From the human T2T-CHM13v2.0 reference genome, Homo sapiens, in assembly GCF_009914755.1 (NCBI RefSeq), contig NC_060929.1: DNA of 64,000 nt. One strand, written 5' to 3'. Positions 57,461-64,000 of this stretch are shown in pieces. The translations under genes and the position numbers were made by a program. Position 1 is the stretch's first letter. Each line of letters begins with the position of its first letter. The notes under the pieces were generated by a model, which saw only the letters and a list, made by a program, of their open reading frames with translations, had not been told where the DNA came from and searched no databases.

Positions 57461-59015
57461 GTAAGTCTTTTTTGTCTCAGTTTTAAGGGGAAGAGAATAG
57501 ATTTTTCTATTTCAAAGAAGAGTCAGTATCCCAAAATAAATATTACCTAACCCTTCGTATTCTGCACATAAACTGGCCACATAACATACTCATGAGATTC
57601 TAACACGGAATAAAAAGGAAACAAATAGGGATTGCTAAGGGCCTTTCTACCACATTGAATTTACAGCAGAGGACAGAAACTTCAGAAGTCTTTTTTTTTT
57701 TTTTTTTTTTTTTTGAGGGGAGGAGGATGTTGGAGGGATAGAGAAAAACAAGTTTGCCTTTCTAGTTTTGATTATTGGAGTTCTAACTTCTTAGGTTTTT
57801 TCCAGCCTTTGAGTAGCATTTTGCAGAATGAATCAGACATTGCACATTACCTAAATTGAGCATTGGAAATGTTTCCCTGAATATGACACCATTTATATAA
57901 CTTCACAGTCCTCTTTTCCATTATGTCTTCCATTTACAGCTTCTGATCATTCTTCAACTACATCATCCAGGTCCTGGTGTCATATTACTGGTATTAAAAT
58001 ACATAGGGATTAGGTGCAAGCTACTCTAAGTATACTGGAATCTCTGGCTACATGGGTCAGGCCTCTTGTAAAGGGGCAGAAAGATTCTCTATCAGATTTA
58101 AATCCAGCATGAATCTTCACAGTATTATTATGTCGATAACTTGTGTCTCTCCCGGGTTCCTTTCAGCCTTTAGAATTTATTTACTCTGGTAGCTACTACT
58201 GGCCTAATTTAGTAGTACCTAATGTTCTGGTGTCCTTATCTACTCATAGTTGTCCCCTTAAAACAGGAAGGAGAAAGCCAGGAGCGAAGATGGTGTTTAT
58301 GTCATTTCTTTCTAGAGAAATTACAAACCCATAGCAACCATTCTCTACTTAAACCTCACATCAGTTCTATAAATAGGTGTGATGAGTACCATCAGTCTAT
58401 TTGCCAGAGTAACAAAGCCACTTACCTTGGTTCAACCAAGAGAATGTGACAAGCCATGATTTAGGTTACAAGTTGGCAGAAAGACTTGAATATTTTATCT
58501 GCCATTTCTTTCTTTCTAGCAGGCTGGTTGTCATATGTGACTTGAGGATACTGGACATTTCCTTTGATATCTTTGATGCTGTCTCAAGGTGTTATTTTGA
58601 TATTTGAAACCCTTGCAATGTTGTTCATGTAAGATTTGTTTATCACTTTACAAGTGCATAAAGTTCCTTACTTCCTTGAAATGAAGTCTTCCCTCTAGGG
58701 AGCCAGCTACTCCTGAGTTTGTTCTCAGGAGCAGCTCTGGGTGTGCAGTTGACTGGCTCCATTTCATCACATCATCATCTTGGCTTTGATTTTTTGATGA
58801 CAATTTTTTTGGCAACCCTGTTCCAGAAAGCACCATTAAAAGGACTTCCAGATCTAGTCATGCTGGCCACGCAGTATGCACACAAGACAGGATTGTAAAT
58901 CTTTGAGAAATCCTTGGGCTGTTAGTGCTCATCCTTTGGTTTCCCTTAATTTTTCAACCTTAAAGTTGTTTAGCTGTGACACTGATAAGATATTACCTCC
59001 CTCCTTCCTTTGCAG

Positions 59016-59121
59016 AACTGGAGAACCAGGAGTCTCGGGTCTCTGAAATCCACAGCCTTGTTCATCGGCTCCCAGAGAAAAATCGGCAGATGTTACAGCT
59101 GCTCATGAACCACTTGGCAAA
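59016..59121 (+). CDS. ARHGAP26: ARHGAP26 coding exon, 106 nt, (K)LENQESRVSEIHSLVHRLPEKNRQMLQLLMNHLA
   Basis: Acceptor cctccctccttcctttgcAG, donor AAA|GTAGGT; phase 1-2; LPxxNxxxLxxLxxHL RhoGAP motif. Confidence 0.96.
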
Positions 59122-59519
59122 GTAGGTTTAAGACCAATTACTAGCCTTTTTCTTACCCCTGAAAGTTCTTATCTTAGCAGTGAAGCTGGTCTCAGTTCTG
59201 CTTTTGTTTCTCTCTCCCACTATTGCATCAGGTATGCTGGAGGCTTAGGAAAGAAATGTGTGAAATGTTCATTGCAGTGGAGAACAGCAGCAAATGCCAG
59301 ATGGCCTTCCCAGAGGATGCTGGGGAAGTGCTCATGCAACCAGGCCACCAAGCAGAGTTTTCAGGGGGATTTTACCTATGGTGATCAAGGGCAAATTGGA
59401 GTGTGTTGTCCATGATACCAGGTCACCACACAGAATTTTGTGGGATTATATGTTCTTATGCTCATCAAGAACAAACAAAAATATGTTGTGGGTTTACAGA
59501 ATTTGGGTTTTTAGTAAAG

Positions 59520-59700
59520 AGGACTGGATTCTAGAGCTGACTCTGTTATTAACCTGCTGCTTAACCAGCCCTGAACAAACTGCTGAACTTTCTATTCCTT
59601 AGTTTCCCCATCTGTCTAATATGGATAATAGACTCCCCTTTTTCTACAAGGATCATTGATTTTTGAAGTTACATGCATTAAAGCCTTTGAAGAAGTATAA
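59520..59700 (+). mobile_element. MIR
   Basis: ccttagtttccccatctgtctaatatggataatag. Confidence 0.6.
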
Positions 59701-62044
59701 AGAATAAAGGAATTATTTTTGGCAAATACTCACTTGTCCTCTGAGATAATCAAAGCATTCAGTAGGGACCTGATTTTCTTGGAATGGTTTTGAATATTTG
59801 TGTATTTACTGTTCCTTGACCCTTTCACAAATGGCATTGCTGACTTCCCGTGCTGCATTCATCACTACTTGTGTGTGTGTTCTAACCTTCCGTTGACTTT
59901 GATGGTATGTTCTTGATTGCAGACTGGAGCACAAGAAAAGAATGAGAGCATAACAGTTAACCTAAATTATTAAACCCTACATTCTATTGAACTGATGTGT
60001 TATAAATTTGGCCCTTATAGTCCATACTTTGCTATGCCATTAGGGTATTTCTTGGGGATAAGTTGATATTCTTCTGAGGGAGATTGTAATGGTTAGTTTT
60101 CATCTTTCTGTCAAGCACTTGATATTGCCTTTGGGAAAAAGAGTGATATATATCATGAAGATTTCCACCATTTCCTCATTTCCATCAAGAAGCCAAGAGT
60201 GTCTTGTGTGTTATTGGGAAGGAATTCGGCAAAGCCACAGTTGCTCCATTATTGACCAACTTTTTTTCTTGGCTTTCCATATCAGAGCTGCTTGTTCAGG
60301 AGTACTTAGGAAGAATAGCAGATAACATGCAAGTTTACAGGAGAATGCCCTAAAGGTGTCAAAGAATCCCGATGAAGCATGTTTAAAATAATGGGAACTG
60401 GGCTTTAAAAAGTAACTCCAGATGCTCTGAGATGACAGTTGAGTACCAGTTCCACACAACCTAGAGTCAGGCGTTTGTTAAGCAGAGAAGCTGGTTTAGA
60501 TCTTAGTTGCAAAACTTTGCACACTTGAAGGACAAACACCAAGACATAGAAGGTTCCAGGTGCACCCTCCAGCCTAGTATGTGTGGGGATGCTCATGACT
60601 GCTTCATGGCCATCGGGTCTGAAAGAGGCCTTCAGGCCTGCAGAGAGCAGCTGGAGAAGGGTTAGGAACCATCTGAAAGCCATGGGCCTTTTCAAGCTGT
60701 GCAGTTGGAAGGAGAGCTTAACTGAACTGAGAGAGACCAAAAGTGAAGGGTGACCCAGCAGAGCCAGTGTTGCGTTTTTCCTACTTTTAAATTTCCTTTA
60801 GGATTGTTAGGATTCTTTAAAGAAGAAGAAAAAAGGATTTAAAAAACAAAACCAAACCCTTAAGGTAGATCTTGAACAGTTGAACTTGTTCATCTCCTGG
60901 TTGGATGACTCACTTTCTCCTCCTTTTCCCACCCTTTCCCCCTCCAGTCCCATTACATTCAGTCCATCCTTGTTACTAACCTAAGAGTTGTAAACTGGAA
61001 TTTGCAAATCACAGTTGTGACCTTGACACATTTTTGTTTTTTTGGCCTTCTAACCAATTTAAGGCAATTTTATTTTTGGAGTTGTTTACTTCATAGCATT
61101 TCTTGATCATTGTCTTATCTGTGAAACTTGAGAATGATTTTCTGTGGTTTTATGGCATGTTTTGATCATTTAATTATCAAGAAATCTACCTGTAGACAAG
61201 CTCTCATGCTGTAATGTGAGTTGGTTAGAGCTAGTATTAGACTATAGCGGACTCAAATTCTTAGCGTGCTGTGTTCTTGTCTCTCGAGCCTCTATATTTA
61301 AAATGTCCCTGTGGAGAAGGATATGAATGAGCAGTGTTGAATCCAGTAAAGAGTATTTATTTAGGTCTGAAAAAATTCTTTGGCATCCAGAGGAGTTCTA
61401 AGATTCCACTTAAACTTTATATTCTCATTTACAGCACTGTCCTTATTTTAAAATCAAGCAGTAAGGGAAAGTTAACTTGGGACAAGAGGTTTGTCTGATT
61501 CCAGTTTTCTCAGGTTTAGACTTACCCTAGGCTATGCCTGAGCTATTGTTCCTCTGGGCTACTTACTTAATGGTCAGCTTCCTTCCTAAGTTTTGGTTTC
61601 AGGGCTGATTCTGCTGGAAAACTGGTGTTTACTTCTCTTATTACTTACTGTTTGCCTTGTGCATCTCAGAATTCTGGTTCAAAGGCAAGCATTTTGTATT
61701 GTATATTTTTTAAAGTACTCTTTTGAAACATTTTCCAAAACTGATTTCCCTTAGCCACAGAGGGAGATTTAAGGCATTTTATATTTAATCCCAGCTAAAA
61801 ATTCATTCAGAGGGGAAAAAAAGTATTGGGTGGGGGGAAGGATAAAAACTCCAAACCTCTAAAGCAAATGATTACCAGGGTACATCCAAATCACAGAGAT
61901 GTTGGATTTGTTTCAGACCTCAGAGGGAACATAAAAATTATAGGCAACCATGCACATATTTTTGTAGTTTCAGCTTAAATCTACTATGATAATTAGATGT
62001 TTTCTGTTTGGATCTTGGAATCTAGTATACAGTCTGGAGTCATG

Positions 62045-62200
62045 TGCCTCAAAGCATGGTTAGAATAACCCGGGGCGCTTGTTTACATTGACATTTCTGG
62101 GCTCTGTGGGTCTACTCAGTCAGGCTCGCTGCCTGGGAATCTGCATTTCTGATTTATTTTGCAGGTAATTATTATGTGAACAGTGATCTAAGAACCACTG
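62045..62200. mobile_element. MER5A-like hAT MITE
   Basis: ttagaataacccggggcgcttg...ggaatctgcattt...ctaagaaccactg. Confidence 0.65.
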
Positions 62201-62979
62201 GCCCAGAGAATGGGCCATATGCAAGGATTTTCTAGGACAGAGAAAAATGATATTGAGAGGAATATGGATTGGGATGTAGGCGAATATTAGAATTAGAAAG
62301 AAGAAGCTCAAAGCAGTGAGTTCAAAAGGGAGATTTTATTGTCGTGATTAAATTAGCTTTTAAAAATCCAGTTTTGACTTTCCAAGTCTTTGCAATTTGA
62401 CTTTGTGTTGAGTTTTCAACAAATGTTTTTGTTTTAAAATCATGCAAAAGGCATTTTTACTTTTGCGTGATTTAGTTTTGCATGATTTACTTTTGCAAGA
62501 AAAAAATCATTCCCAGATAGCTGTGGATCCTTGTGCCAATTTTTCTACCTCTTTGAGCCTCAGTTTTCTTTCTCTTCCAATTGTATAATTCTGTTATTTT
62601 TATCAGGTGGAGCAGGACACGAGAAAAGTATCCCACTCTTATAATCATAGAGGAAATAAGAGTAGATGAGTAATAAAGACTAATTTCATGGTAATTTCCT
62701 AATGTTTACATATTATGACTCCAAGTATGTTGTATATCCCCACACATACCATTCGTAGTGGCTCATTGTAGATTTATTACCGTGTATGCAGTGAGGAAGG
62801 ATTTCAAAGAACTCTTCATACATCAGGAGTAGATATTAAAAATACCTTTTCACAGCTGGTTTTCCCAGAATACTTATTGAGAAACAAACCTGAGTCTTTT
62901 TCCTTTTTTGGAGCAACTGTTCCTTTGTTGCAGGGGCATTGGAGAGGCAGAGCACTGTCTTGCTTCCCCAGAGAGATAT

Positions 62980-63365
62980 GGTATCATTTAGGATGCTTTG
63001 AGCTGCAAGAAACAGAAAATCCAATTGAAAATGGCTTAAACAATAAGGAGATCTGTTGTGTCATGACACAGAATCTGTCCTGAGAGTTGGTTAGTTTCTC
63101 AGCTCATGAAGGACTCAGGTTATTTTCATGTTCCTGCTCAGCCAGCGTCTTGTGTTGGCTAGCTCCTCGCAGAGTCCCAGCATACTTTATTGTGTCCTTG
63201 CATGTTAGTGCTTGTCCAGAAGCAGAAAAGGCATTATTTCTTCTCTGAGTCCCTTTTTAAGGGCTAGGATGATACTTTTCCCAGACATCTTCCAGCACAC
63301 TTTATGTCACATCTCATTGGTCCAGAGCAGTCATTGAGGACCACCATGATTATTTTCCACCCAAC
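62980..63365. mobile_element. Old MaLR (MLT1-like) LTR remnant
   Basis: gctgcaagaaacagaaaatcc...ggcttaaacaataagg; catctcattggtccagagc. Confidence 0.5.
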
Positions 63366-64000
63366 AAGATTTATCTGAGCCACTTGTGGGAGGATTGGAT
63401 ATCAGAATAAAGGCAGAGCTTTGACAGAATAAAGACAGCCCACGGTGTCTACAGCAAGTAGTCTTGGTAAATCACATTCAACAGAGAGTATTAAGTCTAT
63501 TGCATGGTGTGCTAACACAATCAAGATATATAGGACAAAAAAGACCAATTTTTGTAGGAGAGATGAGTACATCTGCAGTGTGGGCACATAGGCACTAAAT
63601 TACAAGATTTTAGCTGGTGGGAGGTAAGAGAGGGTAATGAAGAGGGCAAAATTGACTTTACTCCATTGCCTCTTGCTGATTCCCTATGTGTTCTTTTCAT
63701 TACCCAATTGTCTAATGTTTATTTTGATCATCTGTTATATGTTGTGACTTTCCAAAATGGACAAAATTCTGTAGATCACTGGGATTATAAAGGAATATTG
63801 TGGGGAAAATGCTTGGCATACAAGTGAGACCTTATCAAAATATGTAGACTCTGTTGGCAGAATTATCAAGAATTAAGCATGTTGTAGCTTGGGTTTTTTT
63901 TTTTTTTTTTTGGTTCCTGTGACTTGAGTCTGAGTACTTCCAGGCATCTCTGCAAATCAAAAAGGGATGTATTCATATTTCTTTAATGATCTAGAAACAG

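Noticed and set aside
58367-58376. Isolated perfect MEF2 site CTATAAATAG
   Set aside because: A few matches are expected by chance in 64 kb of AT-rich DNA, and there is no supporting motif cluster.

Overview
Human-type (primate) genomic DNA from inside one large + strand gene, which I recognise as ARHGAP26 (GRAF1, a BAR-PH-RhoGAP-SH3 protein). Six internal coding exons (37, 66, 75, 88, 59 and 106 nt, all AG...GT bounded with matching phases) splice into one open frame: VYNSNKDSQSEG-TAQLDSIGFSIIRKCIHAVETR-GINEQGLYRIVGVNSRVQKLLSVLM-DPKTASETETDICAEWEIKTITSALKTYL-RMLPGPLMMYQFQRSFIKAA-KLENQESRVSEIHSLVHRLPEKNRQMLQLLMNHLA. This is the PH-GAP linker plus the N-terminal and central RhoGAP domain, including the GLYR arginine finger (exons 12-17 by my recollection of the numbering). 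More than 99% of the window is intron, filled with about 19 Alus and with L1, L2, MIR, LTR and hAT remnants. The supplied ORFs are almost all repeat-derived or chance. I see no new gene or system. The best leads are splicing-level inferences: a candidate 9-nt in-frame microexon, back-splice circles with unusual ORFs, an in-frame-skippable arginine-finger exon, and non-B DNA motifs in the intron associated with fusion breakpoints. Repeat boundaries and subfamily names are by eye and approximate.
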